A stretch of DNA of 64,000 nt from Acidiferrobacterales bacterium (GCA_036446455.1 JAZFSZ010000115.1:267-64266), one strand, 5' to 3'; positions 43,480 to 52,947 are shown, counted from the first letter of the stretch. Numbers and translations: made by a program. The notes: generated from the sequence alone by a model not told the origin.

Positions 43480-44544
43480 GTGTCTGGGAAACCGGGGGGC
43501 GAAGTGAAGTTACTATTTTTGGTCGTCATTTTTTCCAGTAATCTGTTTTTGTCCACCGCATCATTTGCCAATGAAATAAATCCAGACTATTGCCTTGCTC
43601 TGCGCAAACTCAGTGTGTCGGTTGCAAACCAGATGCGCAAGGGCGTGCCACTGGAATCCATGATCGCCTGGGCAGAGTCGCAGGAGTACCGTGTCGAACA
43701 ATACCTGGATGATCCTCAGGCGGTACTGCGACCCATCGTTTATTACATCTACAATTTTCAGCATGATCCGAAAACTTCACCTGATCAAATCGGCAACCTG
43801 GTAATTGGCCAGTGTCGCAACGGGTCCTACGGGAATATTCCTCCGCAAAGCGCGTCGAGCGTATTGAATCAACGCCAACCGAAAGGGCGAGAGAATATTG
43901 TTGAAGGTGCAAGCGTCAGCATGGGAACCGGTTGGCCGGTTGCCGAAGGGCTGGTGGTAACCAATTACCACGTCATTTCAGGCCGTAGCGATATTACGCT
44001 GATTCTTACGGACAAAAGACGGTTGAGCGCGAGCATTATGCAAGTGGATTCCGAAAATGATCTGGCCCTGTTACGAGTCGATGATATAGATGCCTTGCCG
44101 CCTGCCCTGATGATTGCTGAGAAACCGGCCCCGCTGGGGGCAAAAGTATTTACTATCGGTTATCCGCACCCCGAAATTATGGGCAGCCAGCCTAAACTGA
44201 CCGACGGCATTATCAGCGCCCTCAGCGGTCTGCGGGACGACAAGCGCGCCTACCAGATCACAGTCGCCCTCCAGAGTGGCAACAGTGGCGGTCCCTTGAT
44301 TAATATGGAGGGCAAGGTTGTCGGTGTGGTGACCTCAAAATTGAGCGCCATGAGTGTCTTTCGGTGGACCGGAGATCTGCCGCAAAACGTGAATTACGCC
44401 ATGAAAAGCAGCCTGTTGCTGGATTTTCTCGAGCGTTTGGGAGAACAGGATCTGATTCTTGAAGAGGTCGATTCTGGCGGTGGGAGTTTGCAAACACTGG
44501 CAGCGGCGATAAAAGACTCCGTACTCATTGTCGTTGCACGATAA
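43480..44544 (+). CDS. secreted trypsin-like (S1) serine protease, no PDZ domain
   Basis: Signal peptide LLFLVVIFSSNLFLSTASFA. The catalytic triad context is VTNYHVI (His), ENDLALLRV (Asp) and GNSGGPLIN (Ser). The preceding ~110-aa N-terminal region is unassigned. The start may be GTG 43504. Confidence 0.8.
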   Translation: MSGKPGGEVKLLFLVVIFSSNLFLSTASFANEINPDYCLALRKLSVSVANQMRKGVPLESMIAWAESQEYRVEQYLDDPQAVLRPIVYYIYNFQHDPKTSPDQIGNLVIGQCRNGSYGNIPPQSASSVLNQRQPKGRENIVEGASVSMGTGWPVAEGLVVTNYHVISGRSDITLILTDKRRLSASIMQVDSENDLALLRVDDIDALPPALMIAEKPAPLGAKVFTIGYPHPEIMGSQPKLTDGIISALSGLRDDKRAYQITVALQSGNSGGPLINMEGKVVGVVTSKLSAMSVFRWTGDLPQNVNYAMKSSLLLDFLERLGEQDLILEEVDSGGGSLQTLAAAIKDSVLIVVAR

Positions 44545-44685
44545 TTTCCAAAATAACCGAACAGGCGGGCAGTTCCTGCAACTTTGGATGAAAAACATGC
44601 GATAAGTTGTTATTTTCTATTGCTTCAGGCCACATTTCGTTCTAAATATTAATTACGACATATTTACATGCACTCAGGTGCTTGA

Positions 44686-46632
44686 ATGGGGGTATCGGGC
44701 TTGTCGGCTACATCTGCAGATGACGATCTGATTGAATTGATCCAGGCACAGCTCGAGGGATTGCGCAAAACTCCAGACGGTCTGTTTCTGTACCGCATGA
44801 TTGACCGCGGCCTGAAAAACCGTGGCGGTGAGTATACGGGAGACACCGGCCGCGACTTTGTTAGTTTCCTGCACGCCTTGCTGCACAAATACGCATCCAA
44901 TCCCGACGGGGATACCGTAACCCGCATTAAGGTGCGCTTGCTGCAACAGCGACTGAAACCCCATCTGGAAGGTGACGAAGAGCAAACCGCCCCCGCCCCG
45001 ATGGCTGCACCCAAACCGCCAAAGTCGGAAGAGGTGGTAATCGAAGGTCTGCCGGAAGAACCCCAACCACCCGTGTTCGACGAGATCGATGATCATGTGC
45101 CCGATGAACCCGCAACGACATTCGGGCGCACGCAAGAGGCACCCATCAAAGCGTTTTCGCCTGATCCGGTGCCGGAATCAAAAGCGTCGCCCCTGGAATC
45201 GCTTGAGATCGATGGTCTGGAGCTGGACGAGTCGGTGTTTGAAAAAGAACTGCAACAAAGAAAGGAAAATGAATTTGTTGAAGAACATCGGCCAGCCATC
45301 GTTGAAGAGGACGATCTGGCTGAAAATAAAATAGTCGATAAAAAAGCACCAGATCTAACCAGTGAATACTCGCTGTCACCGCAGGACCAGGCGTTAAGAG
45401 ATGCCAAAGCTGAGGCCATCAGGGCCTCGCTAAAACCACTGGTAACATCCAAAGAGCAAGTGAAAGGCGCGACGAATTCGTCGGCGATTAACAGCGACAG
45501 TAATGAAATCGATTTCAAGGTAGAAGACAACGTGTCCGTTGACAAGCCTGCCATGAACAGGGAATCGAAACCGAAACGCTTGTCTATCGTCGATCATATC
45601 CCCAGTGACGTCAGGGAGGAACTGTCAAGAAGCAGTCGTCAAGCAACCAAAGCGAGATCGTTCCCACCGCTTTCGATCGATCCGGACTTCAATAGACCAG
45701 CAAGCAATAACGATACCGGTGAACCGGACATTGTCATCGGCGACGATTCCGCCTCATCATCAATGTTACCGCCCCTGGCGAATAGAAGTGACTCAATTAC
45801 GGCACAATCCGGATTCACTACGCAACATAAAAACGCCAGTCGGGATCGCATTGATCGGCTGCACAAAACCTTTGCCGGTAAGCTGGCTGAAAGTATTTCC
45901 CGCTCCCGGGAATACCACCATTTGCTGAGGTCCAACCTCAAGGCCCTTAAGCTTGCCGACAGCCCTGATGATGTACTTGATATCAAGCACCTGCTGGTGA
46001 CGGGGCTGGAGGATTTGCTCAAAGGAAACGCGGCGCTTGGCAAAGATCTTGGTTCCACCAATCATTATTTGAAAATCAGTAAGCTTGATCGAAATTTACT
46101 GAAAGATGAACTCGGCCGCATGCGGGACCAGAGCATGGTAGACGAATTGACCGGGCTGCAAAACAAGGTTTCCTTTGGCAAGCAGGTAGAGGCCGAGATT
46201 GGCCGCAGCAAACGATACGGGTTCTCTCTTGCGCTCTCGATTATTGCGCTGGATCAGCTCGATGCCTATGGTGAGCTGAATGGAAAGGATGCTGTAGAGG
46301 AAGTTATCAGAACGTTTGCCAATCAGATATTGACCGGTTTTCGCGGTTACGATGCGGTGGCGAGATTGAATCACAGCAAATTTGGTATTTTATTCCCCAA
46401 CACCCAGAAGGAAGGTGCATTGAGCGCCCTGGAAAAGGCACAGAAGCGTGCTGCCGATACCGTAATCCAGATTAATGGTAAAAGTCTGCGTTTGCCCACG
46501 TTTACCAGTTCACTAACACTATATTTTCCCGGGGACAAGCCAGAGGCATTGATGAAACGTGTCTATGATGCGCTTGCACTTGTCGATGATCACACTCGTG
46601 ACAAGATAATCGTTGCACTTGCTCAGACATAG
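44686..46632 (+). CDS. degenerate GGDEF-domain protein with long acidic/Pro-rich N-terminal region
   Basis: The C-terminal ~165 aa align to the GGDEF fold (DELTGLQNKVSFGKQVEAE...LALSIIALDQLDAYGELNG...VARLNHSKFGILFPNT). The GG[DE]EF position reads NHSKF (46369-46383). An RxxD (RGYD, 46342-46353) sits five residues upstream. Confidence 0.75.
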   Translation: MGVSGLSATSADDDLIELIQAQLEGLRKTPDGLFLYRMIDRGLKNRGGEYTGDTGRDFVSFLHALLHKYASNPDGDTVTRIKVRLLQQRLKPHLEGDEEQTAPAPMAAPKPPKSEEVVIEGLPEEPQPPVFDEIDDHVPDEPATTFGRTQEAPIKAFSPDPVPESKASPLESLEIDGLELDESVFEKELQQRKENEFVEEHRPAIVEEDDLAENKIVDKKAPDLTSEYSLSPQDQALRDAKAEAIRASLKPLVTSKEQVKGATNSSAINSDSNEIDFKVEDNVSVDKPAMNRESKPKRLSIVDHIPSDVREELSRSSRQATKARSFPPLSIDPDFNRPASNNDTGEPDIVIGDDSASSSMLPPLANRSDSITAQSGFTTQHKNASRDRIDRLHKTFAGKLAESISRSREYHHLLRSNLKALKLADSPDDVLDIKHLLVTGLEDLLKGNAALGKDLGSTNHYLKISKLDRNLLKDELGRMRDQSMVDELTGLQNKVSFGKQVEAEIGRSKRYGFSLALSIIALDQLDAYGELNGKDAVEEVIRTFANQILTGFRGYDAVARLNHSKFGILFPNTQKEGALSALEKAQKRAADTVIQINGKSLRLPTFTSSLTLYFPGDKPEALMKRVYDALALVDDHTRDKIIVALAQT

Positions 46633-46709
46633 CGACTTGAATTCACGTCGTGCGGATGTGATGATTGCCGCCCGACAAGACAATCAACACGATCAAGCGG
46701 GAGCGTTTT

Positions 46710-47249
46710 ATGCGAAGACATCTTTTAGCCATTATCTTGTTGACCACTGCCAGCGCTGTAAAAGCAGACGGCCTTGATATCTTCATCAACAATAATACCG
46801 TTAGCGTCGACTACCTCACCACCTATCGTGGATCGGATATTGGCTTCGGTTTTCTGACCAGCACCTCAGGCGACTGGGTCGCCAGTGCCGGTCTGCTGGT
46901 GCTCGGACGAGAGTATGGTTCCGGGTCCAAAATGGAAGGGGGTCTGGGTGCCAAGATTTATTTTTCTTCCGTTGGCGGCAATTCGATTACGGCTGCTGCA
47001 ATTGGCGGACAGGTGACCTACTTTCCGCAGTCATCAAAATTTGGTGTGGGCGGTTATCTCTATTACTCACCCGATATCATCACCTTTGGCGGAACCAGCT
47101 TTATCGAATACGGCGTTCGTGCGGAATACCAGTTGATTGAGACGGCCAGTGCCTATGTGGGGTTACACAACATCTCCGTAAATCCGGATACCAGTGGCCC
47201 TGTTAACATAGACGATGGCTTGCACGTGGGCATCAATCTGCGTTTTTAG
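46710..47249 (+). CDS. small outer-membrane beta-barrel protein (YfaZ-like)
   Basis: Signal peptide MRRHLLAIILLTTASAVKA, alternating hydrophobic beta-strand pattern, Gly/Ser/Tyr-rich, and a C-terminal ...GINLRF with terminal Phe. The start is the internal ATG at 46710. Confidence 0.6.
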   Translation: MRRHLLAIILLTTASAVKADGLDIFINNNTVSVDYLTTYRGSDIGFGFLTSTSGDWVASAGLLVLGREYGSGSKMEGGLGAKIYFSSVGGNSITAAAIGGQVTYFPQSSKFGVGGYLYYSPDIITFGGTSFIEYGVRAEYQLIETASAYVGLHNISVNPDTSGPVNIDDGLHVGINLRF

Positions 47250-47287
47250 CGTGCTGACGTAAGTTTGCTAAAGAAGTATTACTGTTT

Positions 47288-47312
47288 AAGCCCGCCGACT
47301 GGCGGGCTTTTT
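47288..47312 (+). terminator. Rho-independent terminator after the OM beta-barrel gene
   Basis: AAGCCCGCC-gact-GGCGGGCTT hairpin (9-bp stem, 4-nt loop) running into TTTTT, 39 nt after the stop codon. Confidence 0.7.
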
Positions 47313-47325
47313 GCCAGGTCGATCC

Positions 47326-48033
47326 ATGAAATTTGAACAGCCCCTGCTTGAGGCGCGATTGATTCAGCGCTACAAACGATTCCTTGCGGATGTGGAATTA
47401 CCCAATGGCAGTCAATTGACCGCGCATACCCCGAACACTGGCGCCATGCTGGGTTGTGCCGAACCGGGTAGTCGCGTGTGGTTGCGTGATACCGCTAATC
47501 CAAAACGAAAATATATTTACTCCTGGGAACTGGTTGAAGCCTCGTCCGGCGCGCTGGTAGGAATCAATACCGGTCTGCCGCCGAAACTGGTGCAGGAGGC
47601 CATCGCTGATGGACGAATTGCTGAACTGCAGGGATATAAAATCCTGAGGCGCGAGGTGCGTTATGGCCTGGAAAACAGCCGAATCGACTTGCTGCTGCAG
47701 GACGGGTCAGCCCCGGATTGCTATGTCGAGGTCAAAAACGTGACCGCCATCACCCAAGGCGGGGTGGCCATTTTTCCGGATGCCGTTAGCGCACGGGGCA
47801 GCAAACACTTGCGTGAGTTGATGCAAATGGTGAAGCAGGGATATCGGGCCGTTATATTCTATTGTGTGCAAAGACAGGATGCCGAATCGCTCAGTCCGGC
47901 AGATGTGATAGATCCCGAATACGGAGAAACATTGAGGCGGGCAATGGCCGCGGGCGTAGAAGCAATCGCCTATCGGGCGACCGTAAGTCCACAGGAAATC
48001 AGGCTTGCAGATCGATTGCCAGTAGTAATATAA
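47326..48033 (+). CDS. sfsA: sugar fermentation stimulation protein A (SfsA-family nuclease-fold protein)
   Basis: MKFEQPLLEARLIQRYKRFLADVELPNGSQLTAHTPNTGAMLGC closely mirrors the conserved SfsA N-terminus. YVEVKNVT and FPDAVSARGSKHLREL motifs are also present. Confidence 0.9.
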   Translation: MKFEQPLLEARLIQRYKRFLADVELPNGSQLTAHTPNTGAMLGCAEPGSRVWLRDTANPKRKYIYSWELVEASSGALVGINTGLPPKLVQEAIADGRIAELQGYKILRREVRYGLENSRIDLLLQDGSAPDCYVEVKNVTAITQGGVAIFPDAVSARGSKHLRELMQMVKQGYRAVIFYCVQRQDAESLSPADVIDPEYGETLRRAMAAGVEAIAYRATVSPQEIRLADRLPVVI

Positions 48034-48130
48034 AGGGCGGCGCAAAAAACAGAGTCGGTTTATTCATAGCAACCGTGCATTGGAAAATAACCCTGATATT
48101 TCATCCATGAAGTTTTTCAGTGCCTTCCAC

Positions 48131-50623
48131 CTAGATACGCTGCAAGGTTTTCATCGGCGGCTGATTGACCACGGAGCGTACTCCCAGGGTACCAGCGATG
48201 CCGATCCCCAGTGCACCGCCGAGCACGCCGACTACCCACAACTCAATACCCGGCCGATAAGTCAGGTGGAACACCTGCTGGGCCAGAACGTAGCCCACTG
48301 CACTGGCTGAAAATGCCGCCAACAGTCCTGCCAGCATGCCCAGGGTGGCAAATTCTGCTGCGATGCCCTGCATTAGCTGACTACGACTGGCGCCCAGGGT
48401 TCGGAGAATCGCGCCCTCGTATCGACGTTCGTCCTGCGTCGCCTGAATGGCTGCCAGCAACACGGTGATGCCAGCGGCGAGGGTGAACAGGAATACAAAT
48501 TCCACCGCAACCGTTACCCGGTCCATAATGCTGCGGACCTTGGTCATCAGCGCGCTGATGTCAATTACCGTAAAGTTGGGAAAGCGTTTCACCAGCCGGC
48601 TGAGCACGCCAGGCTCCCCCGGTGGCAAAAGAAAGCTGGTAATAAAACTGGCGGGAAAATTTTCCAGAACGCCCGGCGGCGTCACCATAAAAAAATTCAC
48701 GTTGAAACTGTCCCAGTCAACACTGCGCAGACTGGTGACGGTAAGCGAAAGCGGTTCACCGACGACGCTGAACTGTATTGTATCACCCAGCTTGATTCCC
48801 AGCCGTTTGGCAATCCCTTGTTCCAGTGACAGCTGGGGCTGGCCATGAGTCTCTTCGCTCCACCACTGTCCGGCAATGATGCGATTGTCAGTTTGCATTT
48901 CACGGCGCCAGGAAAGGTTCTGTTCCCGCTGCAGCAATCGTCGTGCGCGGGGATCGCTGAGGCTCGACAGGTCGATGGGTATGTTATTGATGCCGGTTAG
49001 CCGTGCACGCACCATGGGATACAAAGAAGGCGGCGCGATCTTGTTTTCCCTGAAAAAACGTCTGGTATCAGCCAGTTGGTGTTTTTGCACGTTGATCACA
49101 AAATAGTTTGGGGCGTCGGGTGGCAGGCTGGATTGCCACTGGTCTACGAGATCATTGCGAACAATATTCAGTAAAAGCATCACCATGATACCAAGTCCGA
49201 ACGCCAGCAGCTGGGCCATACTGGCCCGTGGTCGACGGGCGATATTACTGATACCAAAACGCCAGGCAATACCAACACGATTGCGCAAGCGACCCACAAC
49301 TCTAATTAAACCTGATGACACTAATCCCATTACCAGCAGTGTGGCCACGCTACCACTGGTGATATAAATCGTGAGAAGGACGTCGCCTGTTAACCACAAC
49401 ATAATCATTATTACGGTCAGGACGGCGAATACATATACCGATAGGGAGGAGCGTGGCAAGTTACCCAGATCGCGTCGCAATACTCGCGCTGGTGGGACAT
49501 TTCGTAGTCGCAGGATGGGCGGAAGGCTAAAACCCATCAGAATCACCAAACCGGTTACCATACCCATTAGCGCCGGTTTCCAGCCGGGTGGCGGCAACCG
49601 CGCCACCAACAGGTCGACTAGGGTCAGCGCCAGAATCCATTGCGCAGCATAACCGATCAGGACACCCAGCAGGCTACCGGCAATGGCCAGCCATAGCAGT
49701 TGCCAGCCATGAATGGCGATAATGAAATTTTGTGATGCACCGAGACAGCGCAGGATGGCGCTGGGATCAAGATGTCGGCTGGCATAGTGGCGAGCGGAGA
49801 TGGCAATGGCGACACCTGCCAGCACCACGCTGACCAGTGCCGACAGCCCAAGAAACTGATTTGCCCGGTCCAGCACGACGCGTAATTGCGGACGTGCGTC
49901 ACGTAGTCCTTGCAAGCGTGACCCGCCTCGCAACAGCGGTTTAACCCAGTTGCGAAAGCTGCGTATCGACGGCGAGTCGCCCGCCAATAGCAAACGGTAG
50001 CTGATCAGGCTACCGGTTTGAACCAGTTTAGTTGCCTGCAAATCGTTGGCATGAATCATGGCGCGCGGGGCGATGCTAAAAAAATTACCTCCGCGGTCTG
50101 GTTCATAGGAAATTATCCTGCTGACGGCAAATTTTGCCGCGCCTATGGTGATGGAATCGCCAATTTTCAGATTAAGCTGGCTCATCAGGCGGGCATCCAG
50201 CCAGACCGAACCACGTGCCGGGACGCGATTGGTAACATGATCCTTGGTATATGGCACCAAAGTCACTTTCAACCGGCCACGCAGCGGATAGTCGTCGCTA
50301 ACGGCCTTAATCTCCACTAATTGCGTCAGCGTGCCGGCAACGACGACGCTGGGTAACTGGGTGGTAAGGGCAGTGCGCAGGCCTTTTTGCCTGGCCGCCT
50401 TGATCCACTCTATTGCCACAGGTCGTTGCGATAGCACTACCAGGTCCGCGGCCAGCAATTCACTGGCGTGTTGTTCCATACTGCGACGGACCCGATCGTT
50501 GAAAAAACCAACGGCAGTGATGCTGGCGACCGCAATAGTCAGTGCGATGCCAACGGTGGTCAGCTCGCCGGCGCGCCAGTCTCGGCGCAGGAAGCGAAAT
50601 GACAGTCCAAGAGCGTGTTTCAT
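48131..50623 (-). CDS. ybbP: FtsX/MacB-type ABC transporter permease (YbbP-like, two FtsX modules)
   Basis: 830-aa polytopic ORF with duplicated four-helix FtsX-like modules and large periplasmic loops. It overlaps ybbA by 4 nt. Gene order is as in E. coli tesA/ybbA-ybbP. Confidence 0.85.
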   Translation of the reverse strand: MKHALGLSFRFLRRDWRAGELTTVGIALTIAVASITAVGFFNDRVRRSMEQHASELLAADLVVLSQRPVAIEWIKAARQKGLRTALTTQLPSVVVAGTLTQLVEIKAVSDDYPLRGRLKVTLVPYTKDHVTNRVPARGSVWLDARLMSQLNLKIGDSITIGAAKFAVSRIISYEPDRGGNFFSIAPRAMIHANDLQATKLVQTGSLISYRLLLAGDSPSIRSFRNWVKPLLRGGSRLQGLRDARPQLRVVLDRANQFLGLSALVSVVLAGVAIAISARHYASRHLDPSAILRCLGASQNFIIAIHGWQLLWLAIAGSLLGVLIGYAAQWILALTLVDLLVARLPPPGWKPALMGMVTGLVILMGFSLPPILRLRNVPPARVLRRDLGNLPRSSLSVYVFAVLTVIMIMLWLTGDVLLTIYITSGSVATLLVMGLVSSGLIRVVGRLRNRVGIAWRFGISNIARRPRASMAQLLAFGLGIMVMLLLNIVRNDLVDQWQSSLPPDAPNYFVINVQKHQLADTRRFFRENKIAPPSLYPMVRARLTGINNIPIDLSSLSDPRARRLLQREQNLSWRREMQTDNRIIAGQWWSEETHGQPQLSLEQGIAKRLGIKLGDTIQFSVVGEPLSLTVTSLRSVDWDSFNVNFFMVTPPGVLENFPASFITSFLLPPGEPGVLSRLVKRFPNFTVIDISALMTKVRSIMDRVTVAVEFVFLFTLAAGITVLLAAIQATQDERRYEGAILRTLGASRSQLMQGIAAEFATLGMLAGLLAAFSASAVGYVLAQQVFHLTYRPGIELWVVGVLGGALGIGIAGTLGVRSVVNQPPMKTLQRI

Positions 50624-51306
50624 GGCTGAATCAGCCGTCCGGCTTCCAGTTCGAGTATGCGATCGCAGTGCCTTGCCAGCGCTTTATCATGTGTCACCAG
50701 AATCAGCGTGGTACCGCGTTCCTGGTTAAGCGAAAACAGCAGCTCGATGATGCGAGCACCGGTTTTCTGGTCGAGGTTGCCCGTGGGCTCGTCGGCAAAC
50801 AATATCTTTGGATTGGATGCAAACGCACGCGCAATGGCAACCCGCTGTTGCTCGCCACCGGAAAGCTGGGTCGGGTAGTGGTGCAAGCGCTCACCGAGTC
50901 CCACCCGGTCAAGAATCTCTATGGCCTGACAACGCGCATTGGCACTGTCGGCGAGTTCCAGTGGCAACTGGGTGTTCTCCAGCGCGGTCAGGCTAGGCAG
51001 TAACTGGAATGACTGAAACACAAATCCCACGCGCCGTGCGCGCAGCGCGGCACGGCCGTCCTCATTTAAATCGCCAAGGTTTTTGCCATCCAGTATTGCC
51101 CGACCGGACGTGGGTGTGTCCAGCCCGGCGAGGAGGCCCAGTAAGGTGGACTTGCCGCAGCCTGATGCACCCGCCACCGCCACCGCTTCCGCCGGATCAA
51201 CGCTGAAGCTGATATTTTCAAGAATGGTGAGTTTCCCTTCCGGGCTCATGACTTGCTTGCCGAGGTTTATCGCCTGCACAATGGGAGAAGAGGGTTTGTC
51301 AGACAT
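50620..51306 (-). CDS. ybbA: ABC transporter ATP-binding protein (YbbA-like)
   Basis: Walker A GASGCGKSTLL, signature LSGGEQQRVAIARA and Walker B ILFADEPTGNLD. The start is taken as MSDKPSS... (ATG 51306). A longer option exists at 51369. Confidence 0.88.
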   Translation of the reverse strand: MSDKPSSPIVQAINLGKQVMSPEGKLTILENISFSVDPAEAVAVAGASGCGKSTLLGLLAGLDTPTSGRAILDGKNLGDLNEDGRAALRARRVGFVFQSFQLLPSLTALENTQLPLELADSANARCQAIEILDRVGLGERLHHYPTQLSGGEQQRVAIARAFASNPKILFADEPTGNLDQKTGARIIELLFSLNQERGTTLILVTHDKALARHCDRILELEAGRLIQP

Positions 51307-51913
51307 GCGTAGAATAATCCTTTTCCTGGTGTTGCTGATTATCGTAGCACCCGCTTGGGCGGAACCCACCCTGCTGGTGCTGGGAGACAGCCTCAGTGCC
51401 GGCTATGGCATTGATAGCAAACGGGGCTGGGTTACCCTGTTGCAGCGCCGGCTGCAGCGAAGTGGCTATCGTTACAAACTCGTCAACGCCAGTATCAGTG
51501 GCGATACCAGCGCCGGCGCATTGGCGCGCCTGCCGCAAACATTGCAGCGTAATAAACCCGCCATCGTCATAGTCGCGGTCGGTGGTAATGACGGTTTGCA
51601 GGGCCTTTCCCTGCTGGAGATGAAAAACAACCTGTCGCGTATTGTCGCGCTCGGAAAAAAACAGGGCGCCACGGTTTTATTATTAGGGATTCGCCTGCCA
51701 CCCAACTATGGACCGGCCTACACCGACGTGTTTCATAAAACTTACAGACAGGTGGCACGGCAAAACCGTGTGCCACTGGTTCCCCGTTTCCTGCAGGGTG
51801 TGGCTGGCAATAGTGAATTAATGCAGTTGGACGGGATACATCCGCGAGCGGAAGGGCAGGCGCGGATGCTGGATAACATCTGGCCCAGACTCAAGCTGAT
51901 GTTAAAGCGCTAG
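51305..51913 (+). CDS. tesA: GDSL-family thioesterase/lysophospholipase (TesA-like), secreted
   Basis: MRRIILFLVLLIIVAPAWA signal peptide followed by LLVLGDSLSAGYG (GDSL block), GGNDGL and the C-terminal DGIHP block. Confidence 0.88.
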   Translation: MRRIILFLVLLIIVAPAWAEPTLLVLGDSLSAGYGIDSKRGWVTLLQRRLQRSGYRYKLVNASISGDTSAGALARLPQTLQRNKPAIVIVAVGGNDGLQGLSLLEMKNNLSRIVALGKKQGATVLLLGIRLPPNYGPAYTDVFHKTYRQVARQNRVPLVPRFLQGVAGNSELMQLDGIHPRAEGQARMLDNIWPRLKLMLKR

Positions 51914-51921
51914 ATGGTGTT

Positions 51922-52344
51922 TCAGGTGCCGAAACTCATTGAGCTGGCGTTTGAGGCGTCCGGTCCAATGGCATCGGCTAATGTAATCGTTTCCAGAAAC
52001 ACATCGATGCGATGGTCTAGCTGTTTCCAGCAGGTCGCTGCACGCTGCCCGGTATTTCTGGCCTCGACCCCGGTATTATCGGCGTCATTGTCATAAACGG
52101 CACGAATAATTTCGGCGATGGTAATTTCTTCCGGCACACGTGCCAGCGTGAATCCACCACCCGGACCGCGGGTGCCTTTTACCAAATTTTGTTTCCTCAA
52201 CCCGGCAAATAGCTGTTCGGCGTATGACAGGGAAATACCCTGCATGGCGGCAAGGTCGCCTAGCGTCACCGGACCTTTTTCGCTGCCGAGCACAATCTCA
52301 ATGAGTGCGCTGACCGCGTATCTGCCTTTTGTCGAGATTTTCAT
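51922..52344 (-). CDS. Rrf2-family transcriptional regulator (no Fe-S cysteine triad)
   Basis: MKISTKGRYAVSALIEI...ISLSYAEQLFAGLRKQNLVKGTRGPGGGFTLAR is the Rrf2 winged-helix signature. AGGTGAGGA RBS lies before ATG 52344. There is only one Cys in the whole protein. Confidence 0.85.
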   Translation of the reverse strand: MKISTKGRYAVSALIEIVLGSEKGPVTLGDLAAMQGISLSYAEQLFAGLRKQNLVKGTRGPGGGFTLARVPEEITIAEIIRAVYDNDADNTGVEARNTGQRAATCWKQLDHRIDVFLETITLADAIGPDASNASSMSFGT

Positions 52345-52575
52345 AAATTTGTCCTCACCTAAGCCGACTACTGTTCGCAAACACATACCCAGGTTTATAA
52401 CCCTGGACCCTCCGGTAATGTTTGAATATTTCGTGGCACAACCAGCAAGCGGAATTTCCGTGTCACACCACCCTTTTGCGGGGATTGGGGCAAAAAGCCG
52501 CTAATACTTGCTTAGTTCAGTTCTAATTCTAGCAAAATTAGCGTCTGATATAAGTCAAAAATTGACACAAATTAA

Positions 52576-52947
52576 TCAATTGTTATCTGTCTTATTAGTG
52601 GTGTCTTTTTTGGCCGTTTTCTTTTTAGGCGGCGCTTTTAATGCAGCATCCTCCGTGCTCGGCCAAGGGCCAAAAGGAAAAGGCTTCTCCTCACTATTGT
52701 AAGTGATGAACATCAAAAGCTGTCTTACAAAATCGCTCAGCTGGCGCCCAAATCGCAGCAACTGCTGATTATTTTTACCGCTTAGCAAGGTCGACAGGAA
52801 CTGGAACAAGACCACTGCAACAACCAGTATCTCGGCAATACTGTAAACAATGGCAAACAGCAGGATATAGAGACCGCGAACCCAGGTGGTTTTTGCGGTG
52901 ATGTGTTCTTTAAATTGCGGATCCATTACCACTTGAGATTCCCTCAT
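52576..52947 (-). CDS. small membrane protein, DUF4389-like
   Basis: 123-aa ORF with two hydrophobic helices (WVRGLYILLFAIVYSIAEILVVAVVLFQFL). The motif NSEEKPFPFGPW and a Lys-rich tail match my recollection of the DUF4389 family. Alternative start at 52926. Confidence 0.55.
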   Translation of the reverse strand: MRESQVVMDPQFKEHITAKTTWVRGLYILLFAIVYSIAEILVVAVVLFQFLSTLLSGKNNQQLLRFGRQLSDFVRQLLMFITYNSEEKPFPFGPWPSTEDAALKAPPKKKTAKKDTTNKTDNN

